DNA from: Octopus vulgaris | Lineage: Eukaryota | Length of the DNA: 64,000 nucleotides | Direction: 5' to 3' | Assembly: GCA_951406725.2 (NCBI GenBank) | Contig: OX597818.1 | Span: 10,230,001 to 10,294,000, forward strand | Shown here: piece after piece, positions 39,390 to 55,310 of the stretch | Layout of the letters: each line of letters starts with the position of its first letter | Numbering within the stretch: the first letter of the stretch is position 1 | Translations under genes and position numbers: made by a program | The notes under the pieces: generated by a model | The model's database searches: none | Told to the model about the DNA's origin: nothing | What the model saw: only the letters and a program-made list of their open reading frames with translations

Positions 39390-39428
39390 CGAGCAAGAAA
39401 CAAAATAAGAGAGACTAAGACACCGAGC

Positions 39429-39468
<40 letters not shown>

Positions 39469-39776
39469 GAGAAGGAAAAGCCAGCTTCAGTGTTGTTATT
39501 AAACTTTTTACACCTTTCCAGAGAGAAGAGCTGCAATGACTTTAAAATATTCTCTGCATCTAAGACAAGCTTTTGCATGTCTATGATTAAAGCCAATACA
39601 AAATATTAACCAGACTTAATACCAGCCTAGCAAAGATTTCAGCAGTATATCTTCTGCTTTTTCACTCTATCGCAATACATACACATACACATATAAATAC
39701 ACACACAGAGACACACACACACATATATAAATGGTGGAAGAGAGTGTGTTCGATTGCGTGTTTATACATACACACA

Positions 39777-39849
<73 letters not shown>

Positions 39850-40292
39850 CATTTCTTAAACATTTTCTCTGATTCTTGCTCGTAACGAACAAACCCAAGC
39901 TGTTATAGCATTTCATACACGAAAGCTGCCACTTTTCCAAAGCTAACAATGCAATATTTTGTTGGGTTTTTTTTTTCCTTTTCTTTTATATATTTAATAG
40001 ATGGGTGTTCGCCTGATATCGCTTCTGTTGATGTTGCTGCTCTTCTTGGAGCTGATCTTGTTCCTATCGTATGTTGTTGTTGTTGTTACTGTTACTGGTG
40101 TTGTTGTTGTTGTTGATTTTCTATTTCTTTTGCTTCCACTTTTTCTTCTCTCCTTCCTCCTCTGCCTCTTCTTCCTCCGCCTTCTCATTCTTCTTTATGT
40201 CATTTCTATTACTGTTCATATTTTGTTATCATTTTTTCTATCATACAGTATGTATATACTTACATATAAATATAAAGTTACATATGCACATG

Positions 40293-40344
<52 letters not shown>

Positions 40345-40486
40345 TATGAACATACATACACGCAAACATGCATACAAATATATACACATACATTTGTGTG
40401 TGTGTGTGCGCGCGCTTGTGTGTGTATGTGTGTTGCCATGTTATTATCGCTATTGTTATTGCTGTAGCTGCTGATAATGATGGAAG

Positions 40487-40556
<70 letters not shown>

Positions 40557-41600
40557 AACAATTGCATTAATCCTATGGTTTTCTTATTGTTTTTGTTAGT
40601 TTTCTTTTTTGTATGTTTGTTCTTTCATTACTTTACAATTTTCTCGCCATTTTTATTCGAAATTATTTGTTCTTGTTTATCATTATTGCCATTATTATCG
40701 TTATCATCGCTATATTCTATCAGGATTGTGTTTATTTTATCACAAATTCCGAGCTCGTTTCAAGAGGCAAGAAGCAGGGATTGCACGGCGTGGTAGGTAA
40801 AACTTTAGTAGGTGAAAGAACGGTTTAATAGATATTTAAATTGATTAAATTACATTACACAAATAACATGTCTTGCATCTGCACACTATAATCCTCTATT
40901 CCATCTACCGCCACCTCTTTCTCGTTCTCTGACACACGTTCATACACGTGCATACGCATATATATTCTCTATAAATGCTGATTAATCCATGTACGCATCT
41001 ACACCTTTAGATGCACATGTACTTTGGCATATACGAACGTGTCTATCTATTTAAAAAAATGTTCAAGCTTTAATGTAACCCGGTGCAAATGTGTGGGAGT
41101 GGCATTCCTTCTAAATCTCTTTCTTTTCAAGTATTTATTAATATTATTGTTATTGCTATTATTATTTTGATAAAATAGTTGCCGCTGCTGCTGCTGCTAC
41201 AAATGCTTTTGCTGCTGTTGTTACCACCACCGCTGCTGCCGCTGAATCGTTAAGCTGTTTCTTCTGAAATCAATCCAGCATTAATATGTAACTTTTATGT
41301 ACTGAGAACAGAAGTGGTTAATTGCCTTTCCAGCATTGCTTCTCAATTATATTTTGAAATATGTTTGAATGCACAGACTTGTGCGCATGCGCGTATATTG
41401 ACAAGCTCTGAAACTTTCTGCTACCTTCTCAGCTTCCCAGTAGTTCCATAAATATTTCAGTTTCTATGCAGAAATTCGAAGGAAAAAAGAAAGTGAATTC
41501 CGTAAAGGGAAATAACTCCATGTCGAGCGAGGGAGCACAAGGTTTCTTTCCATCCCTCATCAGTCTGTAAATAGTAGACTTCAATGCAAACAACAAATAT

Positions 41601-42552
41601 TTTCTGTGATACCGGCATTCTAGTGCCTGCACGATGTAAGTCCTTTACCCTATTCTTACTGACCCTAGTTACGTCATTGTGTATGTTATTCGGCGATGCA
41701 CTCCGTACACAAAAAAAATTTCAATGAATTGAAATTCACAAAAAAAACTAGCAGTAATAAATCTCTTTATTTATTTGCAACATTTAGATACACAGGAACA
41801 GCGAAACAAGAGAGAAAATAAAGGAAATGAAAGAAAAGAAAAAATTGAGGGGTAAAACAGCAGATGGAGAGGGGGGTGATGGACCACATACCCCAGGGTA
41901 AATGGTGTGCTCAGGCGCACCCCACGGTAATGACCGTGATGGTATTGCCACGGAATATGACTGGTGTATCCACTCCACTTCGCGGAGCTCATTTCTCCGA
42001 CGGGCCGCCGTTATTCCTATTTCACAGAGGAAATCGGGAGAACACCTGGCGTCTCGAAAGTGACTGACACAAACTGGCGGAAATTGTCAGAGAAACGTAT
42101 CAGGCAATCTTAATGAGTTTCCATAAGAACTGATATTGACTGGTTAGTCAGCTTTTAATGGTGTACCTTCCTAATATTTTCTAAAACAAAAAACGTAGAT
42201 TGTAAAAATGGGTACAGCATCGAACAAAATAACTTGTAGTATTTATTTGTTGCTGTTGTTTAACCCCAGGACAGTTCTCATTAGACAGAAATATGACGAG
42301 AGGCATTCTAACAATGACCGTCATCACCATTTATTCAAGGATAGTGTAAGTCCAATGCATGTCTTAGTTATTTTCCTGTTTAAGAAGTTAGCAGAGATAT
42401 AAGGGAAATGTGTTTGCTATTTCTAGACGATTTCCGTGATACCGGCCATTCCAGTGCCTGCACGATGTAAGCCCTTTACCTTATTCTTACTGACCTTTTG
42501 CCTTATTCATACTGACGCTATTCGGTGATGCAGTCCGTACGCAAAAAAAATT
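41601..42552. repeat. Pair of ~120-bp direct repeats (41601-41720 / 42431-42552), each ending in an A8 tract
   Basis: GTGATACCGG..ATTC.AGTGCCTGCACGATGTAAG.CCTTTACC.TATTCTTACTGACC and TATTCGG.GATGCA.TCCGTAC.CAAAAAAAATT shared. Confidence 0.85.
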
Positions 42553-43738
42553 CTCTTGTTACTATTTGTATACCTTGATGTTCTAAATTCAAATCTCACC
42601 ATGGGCGACTCTACTAGAGTCAATGAAATAAATTATAATAAAGTTTTAGGGTCGACCTAATCAGCTATAACCTCCACGAAATAAAAAAACATTCAGCTCT
42701 ATAGTTTTGAATTGTTCACTTCAAGTTCGAACAATAAATTTCCAAAATAACAGCATCCGGAATAAGGTAACGTAACTAACAGCATCTTTTGCAAATTCTA
42801 GCTCAATAAACACTGTTGTCCTGCCATCAGGATAGGATATGCTTCAGTACAGACAGAACCATCATAACGGCGTTATAGGCTGCTAGATATAGCAATGATC
42901 TATGGGTCTAAAGCATTTATTTCTTGACAGCATTGGGCCTCTTGTCTTAAGATTGTCCTGGTTGCAGAGATTTATTAAGTTCGGATTCTTCTGTCTTTGA
43001 AGGTCAAATTCACTGCAGCCAGCATTTGTCTGTATTGTCCAAATATTTCAATCACCTAACATTTGTGGAGATATTGTTTTAGATTTTAAACACACCTTGT
43101 GGCGGATTTTATCTACTAGTCTCTAGAATATTCTCAGTTGATCAAAGCTTTTAAATTCACTATACTACATAAGTGAGACTCTGTCGTATTTGTATTTAGT
43201 ATACAGAACTCTCGCCTCAGGTATTTTCTCTCTCATACATATTGTCAATTACGATAATTGCCAGCATCGTACTATTTTTTTTTTAACGTCTGTTTCTGTC
43301 AGTTTTAAAATGCTTTTGTTTTTCCTTTCCAAACAATTTTCTATTTTTCTTTCTCTCGTTTGCCAAAATCACTGTACACTTAGCAGCTAATAAAGTGTTA
43401 TTCATCATATTATTTTTTTTTTATTTACTGTATTCCCTATATTTACGTAATAAATGAATGAAAAATGATTCCTAGATGGATATAAAATTATAAAATCAGC
43501 ATCTCACACGAAATAGCAACTAAATATCCCTCAAATAACATACTATATCTCCTTTAATAAGAAAGTAGAGAATGAATAAGTAGGCCTGGATATTATTTTT
43601 TCTAAACGACGAAATCAAAAAGACGAAGTTTCTATGATTGGAGATGCCTTAATTAAAGATCTACCCGAACGTTGCAGGTCTGAGCTACAATGTAACAACC
43701 GCCTCTATTAACGCTATCACTATCACCGCAAGCACAGG

Positions 43739-43770
<32 letters not shown>

Positions 43771-43771
<1 letters not shown>

Positions 43772-43926
43772 AGCAGTGGTAAGAAACTTGCTTCCCAACC
43801 ACATGGTTCCGAGTTCAGTCCTACTGCATGACTCCTTGGGCAAATGTCTTCTGCTATAGCGTCAGGCCGACCAAAGCTTTGAGAGTGGTTTTGGTAGACG
43901 GAAACTGAAAGAAGCCCGTCAAATAC

Positions 43927-43967
<41 letters not shown>

Positions 43968-44152
43968 AGTGTTTGTCACCCAGTACTGCTTGATAACCGG
44001 TGTTCGGCAAAACACACCGATAGAATAAGTACCATGCCTAACAAAAAACAAGTGCTGGGGGGGGGGGGTCGATTCATTCGACTAGAAATGCTTCAAAGCA
44101 GTGCCCCAGCATGGTCACAGTTTAATGGTTGAAGCAAGTAAAAGGGAAAAGA
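43771..44152 (+). mobile_element. SINE family A
   Basis: Homology along the full length. Confidence 0.85.
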
Positions 44153-46394
44153 TAAACGATGAGTCTTGCGCAATCGCACAACCTGCGAAGAATAGCAGCC
44201 AGTTGTCTCTCAAGTAATACTCTATAGTTCTTAATACACTATGTTTGAAGAAAGGCTTTGGTCATATATTTGATGAATTAGTCTGACCAGCTGCTAAATA
44301 ATATCAATCACTAACTTTATCAATGAAGATGAACCGAGAAGAAAGCCTGTAGAACCACTAGGCTTACTAGAAATAACAGTCAAAATTTCCTTCAAATTAC
44401 ACCCTTCTGTCACGAGTTATGCTCCTGAAAATAAAGAAAGACGAAGTGATCCTTTTGATCATAGGTCTTCCTTGATCGAAGGCTGATTTAAGCTAATCCA
44501 CAATAACAATCATTAGTTGATAATATTCATGTGACTAATTATTATCTCCATATGGATCAAACAGTTCCTCTTTTGGCTAGATTCCCAGTCATCTGTATCT
44601 TCAATATTATCTTCTCTCATTGCCGTTACATCCAAGCAAATTTGTAGTTCTAACATCATTACACCATACTACTATATCTGGCCGTTGATTAGTTGCTGCG
44701 TTTCATAAATTACATGGTTCCTCGTCTTGCAAGAAACAGCAGCTAAATCCCTATTAAATTACGGCATAAATTAGAGAAGCCCACATATACATTTTCGTGG
44801 TTTGAATACCTTTAATCATGGAGCATCCTATTTATAGTGCATCCCAATTGTAAATCATCCCAGTCATAAATCATCCAATCGTAAATCATCGTAAATCGTG
44901 GCTGACATTAGGCTAAACGAAAAGAACAACTAATAATGACTTTATTGATTTCAGCGTGGAGGTTTAGACAGTATTGAAACTTCAGCCGCCATGATATAAC
45001 TACTTTTTCTATCCACTCTGTACGACAAATCGGTTACTTTACATTTTCTTTAAAGATAATAACTCAGCAAAAGACTTTCTTTCATATAAATTACACTTTG
45101 GTTACTTACCCCAGAAATAGTTTATTTATCTTGGCTGCTATCACGTAAGAGAAAACTATTTCTAATGTCTTACTATGATATCTTTATAACACGCTCTATT
45201 CAACAATGATGAATTACTTATAAACATATGCATCATTGGTAATCATTTATAATCATATTCTTTAGTTCTTGTTGTGGTAGTGGTAACTGTCGTCGTTGTC
45301 GTCGTTGTTGTTATTGTTGTTGTTTTTTACCTTTGTTCCGCTCACGTCAAAACATATTTCAACAGAACCACCATTTTACTGATATCGAATCTGATGAAGA
45401 CAGAGATAGCTACTGTATTATCTTATTTGTTTTCTCTTTCCTCTTATCGGCTGTGTCCGGCAAGAAAATATAGCGATGTTGCATGATATAAAGAATAAAA
45501 TTTGATAAATATAACTAGTTATATTTGCATTTATACTCCCTACGGAGTCAATATATTTTTAACGTATGTCGGTTAACTTTCAACGATTCAACGTACGAAG
45601 TCTCCAGCCTTTGTGTCAGAAGTCCACAGACTTCATGCTGTAGGCCAAATGTAACATTTTGGCGGCACATGTGCTAATTTATGTAACTGTACTTTATGTA
45701 AATTAAAAAGACCGAAAGGTAACTGATGAAAAATTATTCTAGTGAGTTTCGGATTTTGTTCTTCAACAACTTTGATTCCTATCATTTAATTTTTTCTGAA
45801 TAATGAGGCTGAAATGAAATAAGGAACTACTTTAAAAACAGAAGACTATCTTTGTTCGTGTTCAGCCCCAGGTACCTTGTTAACTTTGATCAGACTGACC
45901 TGCAATCAAAGGTATTCCAGCGGCGATTAATCTATGTTTTTGTATATAAGAGAAGACATAGTTCAATTAATTTTTCTCTTTAAGACGGCAGAGTACGACG
46001 CGAATGCTATTTAGTTATCACTTGCGTGTCAAACAACTGCATAGAGGCTGCCTCAGTGACTTGATTCATATATTATTTCCTCTGGATATAAACCGTTGTT
46101 ATATTTCTCTTTTTTCATTACTTACTTCGAGTTATATACGTGTTATTACAAAAACATTAGACAATGAAAGGTTTCATATTTGGTTTTAAATACGCATTTC
46201 TATAGAAAAGTTAGTGCACACGCGAACCCGTGTGTGTGATAAATGAATTAACCATGAAGCTTTAATTTTTATAAAATAAATATGATAAAACTTTGATTTA
46301 TATTTATAGAGGAAGGAGTTGGAGAACCCAAATAATGTAGTGATAGTAAGTGCCAGCAAAAGGACAGAATTGAATTACCAAAATAACTTAATAT

Positions 46395-46609
46395 TGGTTT
46401 CAAATTTTGGCAGAAGGCCGATAATTTCGGGGAGGGGTTAAGTTGATTATATTGATCCTAATGATCAACTAGTACTTATTTTATCGACCCTGAAATGATG
46501 AAAGGTAACGTCAACCTCGGCAGAATTTGAAATCAGAACGTACAGACGGACGAAATGCCGTTAAGCATTTTGCCCGACGTGCACATTATTCTGCCAGCTC
46601 GCTGCCTTA
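46395..46609 (-). mobile_element. SINE family B (tail type 2)
   Basis: Reverse complement of the family B sequence. Confidence 0.85.
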
Positions 46610-49248
46610 AAAATAATCTCATATTGAGTGCTATTAAAAAAGGTGAGGTAAATTTTGCGTTGAATAATCGTTCTCAGATGTCAATGACAATTAAGGTAAA
46701 AAGTGAAAATTAGAGATTGATCGATGCTAATAATTAGAAGTAAAAAATTACAAAGTTTAGAAACTAATTCGAGATAATCTGTGAAGCGGCAACGAAGAAA
46801 CCTGCCTGAAGCATCTGAATTCAAGATATCCGAACTTATTTCTTTAAAAACAAAAAAATGTTCTTTGTGCTTTTCTTATAATTTAAAATAATCGAGTTCG
46901 AAATTAAATCAAGGATTCAATTTATCGACTTCAAGCAGTTGTTATCTAGCTCAAGGCCAACTTACTCCAAACGGACGTATGAGTGATAAAGAAAAATTTC
47001 AACAGCAGCCACGCACCCCCGCCTTCTTTTCTTAAAAAAAATAATGTACGACTTTAACCAACGGGATCTACCTTTTTCAATACATTAGAGTGCAAATAGG
47101 GGGGGGGGGGCAAGTTATCTACTCCTTCTAAAAGTACCGACAACCACATAGAAGCTCTTGTCTTGGCAAGTTACCTTTTTGTAAGTTAGAGAAGGAGGGT
47201 TTGATGATAAGTTTGAACATCTAAAGATCAATACGTTGAGGGACGACGTGAGTAGAGGGAGAGGCAGGATTCTTGTAACCAAGTGAACTCAACAAAGAGT
47301 TGCTAAGGACCAGGTTGTAGTGCTAAATCGAGTGGTACGTTATTCCTGCAAAGGTGTGAAAACATATAGAAGATTTAAATTTATTCAACAAGATTAGATT
47401 TAAATCAGTTCTACAATAAATGCCGCTGACGAAACATTATTAACTGGTTGTACTGAACGATATTTCATATGTATGAAATATTTATTTCACCAATTCGGTG
47501 CATAATTTTATAGATTTAAATTCGTTGTAATACAGTTTCTGAAATAAGGAAAAAAATTCTCTGCTAGGGAATTAATACCAGTCTTAAATGTAATAACATT
47601 TTTGACTACCATCTATCATTCTGTCTCTAGAGATTTGAGAAGAATTCCAATTTGCAATTAACTACGAACGTGTTTAAGTGTTTTTCATAGATTCTTAGGG
47701 GAAGTTGAGAAACTACTTAATGTTCAATAAATTTCCATATTTATCAAAATAATTGAATATCGAAGTATTCGTTTCCTTCACATATGAGCAGACGATAAGT
47801 TGTTTTGGTTTTTTTTTTTTTTTGGTTTTTGGGGGATTTTTTTCTTCATTTTGGTGGGGGTTTTTATCCACCAATGTCAGCAACACAACGGTCAATATTT
47901 TAATCGTTTTTCGCAGTTTGGATTCAATGTCTTCTTTGCTACTACGGTAGATTGCCATGTAAAATAAATTAAACTACTTTCCTTATTATTTAACCGATTT
48001 TTCCCATAAAATAAATTAATGAATGAATCTAGAAAGAAAATTGATTTGTCTTGCAAAAATGAAGAGAGAATTAGAATTTTGAAAGCTGAAGCCATCTTCT
48101 GGCTAAAAAGTTGGTTGTAAAAAGACAAAATATGAGGGGGTAAATGTCATCAAATTAAAAAAAACTGATGCATTGTATTCCTAGAATACACTCGGTTAAT
48201 TCCACTCGCATAACTTTAAGGTTGTCAGTAACAAAGTGTGGAGCAGAAGGGTCATTGTCACAATAAACCGTGGTCTCAGGCGTAACTATGATGAAGAATA
48301 GAAAGACGATGTTTCTGCAAGATTTTGCATGATAAGCGTCCATAAAGAACGGATTACAAAACAATGAGTTGTAGCTTATTCACAAAGTAATGGTTAAATC
48401 TGGACAAGACTAAAGAAATTGAAAAATTCATTGAATAAAATGGCGAATAAAATCGTCTGTTTTCCTTTCATTCCGATGTTGTGAATTCTCTTGTGCTGCC
48501 ATAAAATTACAACTATTTTGTCAGAGAATAATTTTATCGAGTTTCGTGTTTAGTTTTTAATGATTTTTTTTTTTTAGTTTTATAATGAACTACGTGCAAT
48601 ATTTTAAAATAAAGGAGATTGATTAGTATCAAATAACAAAGAAATAACCAATGAATTTATTATTTTTGTTTCATTTTAATTTTAATGTGTTTTCATTCCG
48701 AGGTATTTTATTCGGCACACATGCATACACGTTTCACACTGTCATAAATTCACACACATCATGCTATAAAGGTTTATATGTGATGCATACACATGCTAGA
48801 ATACTTGTATTTACACGTGAACATTTTTATTTTACAATTCCAACATTATAGCACGTTGGATATTTCACGAATGTACAAAGAGAAAGTTACAAGCAGCTAT
48901 AGTGAACAATTCAGTTTAAAAACCAAGAGAAATTTTAATTAGTTTGAAGGTAATGCTTCTGTCTTTGTCAGTCTGTCAGCCCGTCCCTATACACTCATAT
49001 ACACATACAAGAGAAGAAGCGAGCATAACTGAATTGTGAGGAATTTTAATTTTCCTCGTAGTGTCCCAGGTTCATTCCGGTTGCAAGTCTCTTTGGCCGA
49101 GTGTCATCTATCATCTATTTTGGGCTCGAGTTGGTTGAAGCCTTGGAAATCTGAGTAAATGGAAGCCCGTTTCATGGACTGTATCAACTTCTAAAAGGGG
49201 CAGCCATATCAAACATTTTGTCAAGTTTGTACTCTTAACATTTTCTCA

Positions 49249-49464
49249 AGCAGTGAGTCGGGAGAATCGTTGCCGCGCCGGAAAAAAAAATGCTCATCAG
49301 TATTTTTTCCGACTTTACGTGCTGAGTTCAAATACCGCCAGGGTCGACTTTGTTTTTCATCCTTTCGAGGCCAATAAAATAAGTACCATTTGAAGACTAG
49401 GGTCGATGTAACTGACTTACTCTCTCCCCTCGCAGTTGCTGGCCTTGTGCCAAAATTTGAAACT
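49249..49464 (+). mobile_element. SINE family B (tail type 2)
   Basis: B-box, body and tail GGCCTTGTGCCAAAATTTGAAAC. Confidence 0.8.
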
Positions 49465-51945
49465 AATACTTTACCCACTCTGCTGAGTATGATGTTAAGA
49501 GTACAGATGTGTTTTGGCAATACTAAACTAGTTACACAGTAATTCAATAAGCAGATAGTTCCGTTGAGCGAGTAACTGGAATATTCATTGTTGCAATCAA
49601 CAGAGGTCCACTAACACGCACACAAAATCAAATCGTAATACGAGATTCTTTGGTCAAATCGTCGGACAAATTAAATTGCGTATTTAGTTATGCCTTTTCA
49701 CGTTCTGCATTTAAATTATTTTCATCCACTCTAGATCAATAAGATAAGTATTGTTCGAGCACTGAGATCGATTAATCGAAACTACACTATTCTTCGAAAA
49801 GTTTGCCACTACTTCCCTCAAAATTTCCCTTTTTCACCAAAAGTTGAAGCAATTATTGTCGGTATCACTGTCGCATCACAACAGACGGTGGGTTTGAATT
49901 CAATTCTGCAACATTTCAGGCAATAGAATCAATTAATTACTCACGCAGGTCTTCCATTAAGTGAAATAAAACAACCTAGTATTATTATAAAATCTCTTTT
50001 ATAAAGTGTTTTGAGTGAAACTTAGAAGAGAGAAGCTTTATAGAGTACTATGGGATCTCTCTCATAGCACTGTTGTTGAATAGCAGGCTTAATCTTTCAC
50101 CTGTTTAACGGCACAAGTCCACGCTGTTGCTAGCGTTCAGGCTAGGACTTTAAGCTGAGTATAACTACTTCCTTCCCCATCAGTCTCGAAGGATCTGCAA
50201 TGTCATGAGTACTCTCTTACCTCTATAATAAAAAACTTCATATATGCAAATTTCCTTTTAAAAATATCATATATACAAATTAGTCAGTTTGTCAGCGTCA
50301 GCCTTATTTTTGTCTACTTTATATAGTAGCGAACGGATGCTACTGACTGGGGAAGACGGCCGGTCAGGTTAACAAACCGTTAACTTCTTTATTTTTCAAC
50401 ACGTTAATAATATACAAAAGGATGTGCTTGCATTCTGCTTTAACCCACAAAGTTTAAATCTATTTCAGCTCTTCTGAATATTATATATCTTCCAATTTAA
50501 TTTTACTCAAATTCCATTGGTTTTGATATATGTTAACTAGGCTGCAATCAGCAGATTGTACTCCAACAACACAAGGGAATTACGGGTATAACGGGCATTC
50601 ATAACTTAAGTGTTCTTTTTCTTACGAAGCTAGTCACTAGGAAAATTTCAAAGTTCCTGTTAAACTTTTCTTTCAACAAAGGAAGTAGATACTTCATATA
50701 TACACATTGAGTATAGTTTGTGTTTTGCTTGAATGTCATTATAAATATTCAATAGAAATTTTCATATATCTCGATTCCCTACAGTTGTTGGTGTAATCTT
50801 CTGACATACCACACACACACACACACATACACATCAGAGGCAATTCCAGTTCATCAGCGTCACTCGGACTCATCACGGATTTCGCATGAGACACATGCCT
50901 GCTCAAAGCATTTCACGTTTTTCTGCAATATTTCTAGTCCCAAAATGGCTTATTTTTCATATCTAGCACTATGTCTTTATTTATTTCTAAGTTAAGGATA
51001 AACAATAAAGCAATCCTGAAAGACAAAACTGACCTTTACACACATACGCACAAATAACAGCAATCAAATAACGACAGCGGAGTGCACAACAAACATCAGC
51101 TATCTGACTGTAGTCTGTACTCTTGACAAGAAATGCCAGTTAGTCTTTTACACCTACCAGGCTCGTTTGGATTAGCCCGAGTTGCTGGATAATTTTTCGT
51201 TAAGAATATTGTAGAACGGAGACTTTTCATAGATCGGAATTTAAATCCTAATCTCTATAGAAATTTATGGTTTCAAGAAAGCATTGAATTTTAATTACTT
51301 TTAATTTTTACGATTATAGATAACAACTCGGACTGTAACTTCTGAGCCTGAGTCAGGCGCGTATGAACGATGTCGAGAGGTCGTCTGCTACGAGTGATAT
51401 TTTGACACGGAGCACCTCTACCACGACCGGCAGACACTGAACGAAAATAAATGAACTGCGACCAGGGCGAATAAAACGAACCCGAGTTATTTGCTGCAAT
51501 TACATACTTGAAGTCAGTGTTGGCAGAGATTGAATTAGCTTGTAAATATACACTCACTTTACTAAATTTATATAATATCATTTAATGTACGCAGTATTTG
51601 AATTTGAGCTATTAGCCGTTTCATGCAGTGAGAAAAGAATAATTTGGCAGATTTATATATCCTGCCTTGAGTATGAACGCAATATTTCTAGCTCAAATAC
51701 ACAGAGTTGCTCTTATATCAAAGAGAGGGCGCGTTTTAGCCTGCAAGATTGATTGCGGACACACGGCATCATATATAATCTAACAAATTATTTTGTTTCT
51801 AATGTATTAGTAGCTCATTTTTAAATACTCTGAATATATCATATGTATATCGCTCTCTGAAATAAGAAATGTTTTTGCTGATACTACCTATAACAGAACA
51901 GCAAATTCTATGTGTGTGTGAGTGTGTGAATGTGCGTGTATACAG

Positions 51946-51980
<35 letters not shown>

Positions 51981-52267
51981 TTGTATGTATGTATGTATAT
52001 ACATATATGTATGTATATATATATATGTATGCATATATATATGTATATATTTATATGTGTATATGTATATGTATATATATGTATATCTATGTTTGCGTAT
52101 ATATATGCATATGTATATATACGTATGTGTGCGTATGTATATATATATATAAACGCATTCATATATGCGTGTATGTGTGTGATACCTTGTGTTGGATTTG
52201 TTTTTAATGTTGTGCACCTATATATACCATAGGCTAGTGTTTATCTGTATAAGGATCGATAAGATCC

Positions 52268-52850
<583 letters not shown>

Positions 52851-53666
52851 AAAAAAATGGCTAAGAATCGAAACAAAAGAACTGGCTCCTGGACATTTTC
52901 TATCAACCACACTTCACTCAAATAACTGTAGTTGAAGAGACTTGCTCTTACCATATCATGCACTGATATCGAACCTGGAAATATTTGGATAAGAATCGAA
53001 AATGTTTACCACACAATCATGTCAATGCCAATCAGTCTTGATAGTTGTGTCATTAGCTAATACTTTTATAATTCCTAAGCATACATAGAAGTTGGTAATT
53101 ATCTCGGATTTCTGTTGTATCAAGTTATTTGAATAAATCTAGTCTGCTACATAAGACACTGGTTTATTTCAACAAGTTTATTCCACACAGCATTACGTAT
53201 TATGTATTCTATACAACATTACAATACATTAGAGTCATCATCAATTAGAAGGAAATGATGCCTCCAGCAATGAACTTATTCAACTTGTCGTACCTGCTTG
53301 GAGTTCAAGGAACTTGGTCGTTTATTGTTAAGTGATGCAATTAATAATGGCTAAGAAATTCACTTCGTACCCAAATGGTTTCGGATTCGATCCCACAGCG
53401 CAGCAACATGGGTGAATTCTATAAAGTATGTTTAAACGATGCCAAATGAAAGGAATTTGTTAGAAACAAATCCAATATATATTTGTGACTCTGTGTGGTG
53501 GTGGTGGTGGTGGTGGGGTGAGTGCGCGTGTACGTATGTATGCCGTGCGAAATATATAAACAACGTCGAAAGAGCTGAAAGCCACGCTCTGTTCGTTTTC
53601 TCAACTGCAAAGCCATTTCTCTGTCATTCTCATCGTTGTAAATAGAGTGAAACAATAACTACCCCA

Positions 53667-54419
53667 TAGGAAATTATTAGGTTCTCTTCAGTTTGGCTTA
53701 CAGATTTTTAAAATCTTTTTTTTTTTTTAACTATACAATTTGAAGTTTCGTATACTAATATAATTTCTCGCGCTGAACACGCTTTACTTCCAACGTTTTT
53801 GGCAAAATTTCAAAGTTAAGAAGCTATTTCATGTTAAAGTTGTCGTATTTGGGTAATTTTAACCAATCAACGACGTGTATTCAGCTGACGAAACCTACTG
53901 CTGTTTGCGATAGCAATCGAAGAGCAACAACTTCCGGGTCATCTCTACTAAATGTATTTTTCAACTAGGTGTGGATTATTCGGTGTGTTCTGTAGCTTAG
54001 TTGTGTTCTTTGGCTTACGCGTGGATATTTTTACTTACTGCCCGTGATTATTTTCACCACTCTGTTCTGTTTTATTTTTGTTTACTGCCTGTTTTGCATA
54101 ATACACGGTTTGTTTTTTGTTTTGTACTTTTTGTTTTTCTTTGTTTTGTTTTTGTTATTTTGCTTTTCGTAGAAATGACCCGGAAGTTGTTGCTCTTCGA
54201 TTGGTAAGACAATAAGCAGTAGATCTTCTTCAGTTGAATACACGTCGTTGACTGGTTAAAATTACCCAAAAATGACAGCTTTAATACGAAATAAATGTTG
54301 AAAGTAAACATTGTTCAGCGTGAGAAATTACACCAGTATACGAAGATTCAAACTGTTTAGTTAAAAAAAAATAATTTAAAAATCTGTGAGCCAAACTGTA
54401 GAGATCTAATTATTACCTA
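53667..54419. mobile_element. Foldback/MITE-type element with long diverged TIRs (~53667-53948 / ~54169-54419)
   Basis: E.g. CAATCGAAGAGCAACAACTTCCGGGTCAT vs ATGACCCGGAAGTTGTTGCTCTTCGATTG; termini TAGG...CCTA; no ORF. Confidence 0.8.
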
Positions 54420-54596
54420 ATTTATACAATGCATATCACGATACAAAATTTTAAAAGTCAGAGAGGGTTATGGGCATAGACACGCCACAGTGATGCGAGC
54501 CATCGAGCCCGCTTCTTGTTTTCTCCCACTGTAATCATGGCGGTCACTAATTTTCTACATCACACTCTATAAAAAGTATTACACACACACACACAC

Positions 54597-55086
<490 letters not shown>

Positions 55087-55277
55087 GGTATATATATATA
55101 TATATATATATATGGAGAGAGAGAGATAGATGTGGTACATAGACTGTGACAGAGACACATACATACATGTATGTATGCATGTACAGAGACACATGCATAC
55201 ATACATACATACATACATACATACATACATACATACATACATACATACATACATACATACATACATACATACATACA

Positions 55278-55310
<33 letters not shown>

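Noticed and set aside
41472-41542. Possible internal exon (CAG...GT)
   Set aside because: Weak donor site, no recognisable peptide, no partner exons.
41535-41567. Minus-strand CUGAUGA...GAAAC
   Set aside because: No stem II pairing and the triplet is GUG, which is not cleavable.
47420-47485. CUGACGAAAC and hairpin ATATTTCAT-ATGT-ATGAAATAT
   Set aside because: Cannot be assembled into a hammerhead; AT-rich hairpins are expected by chance.
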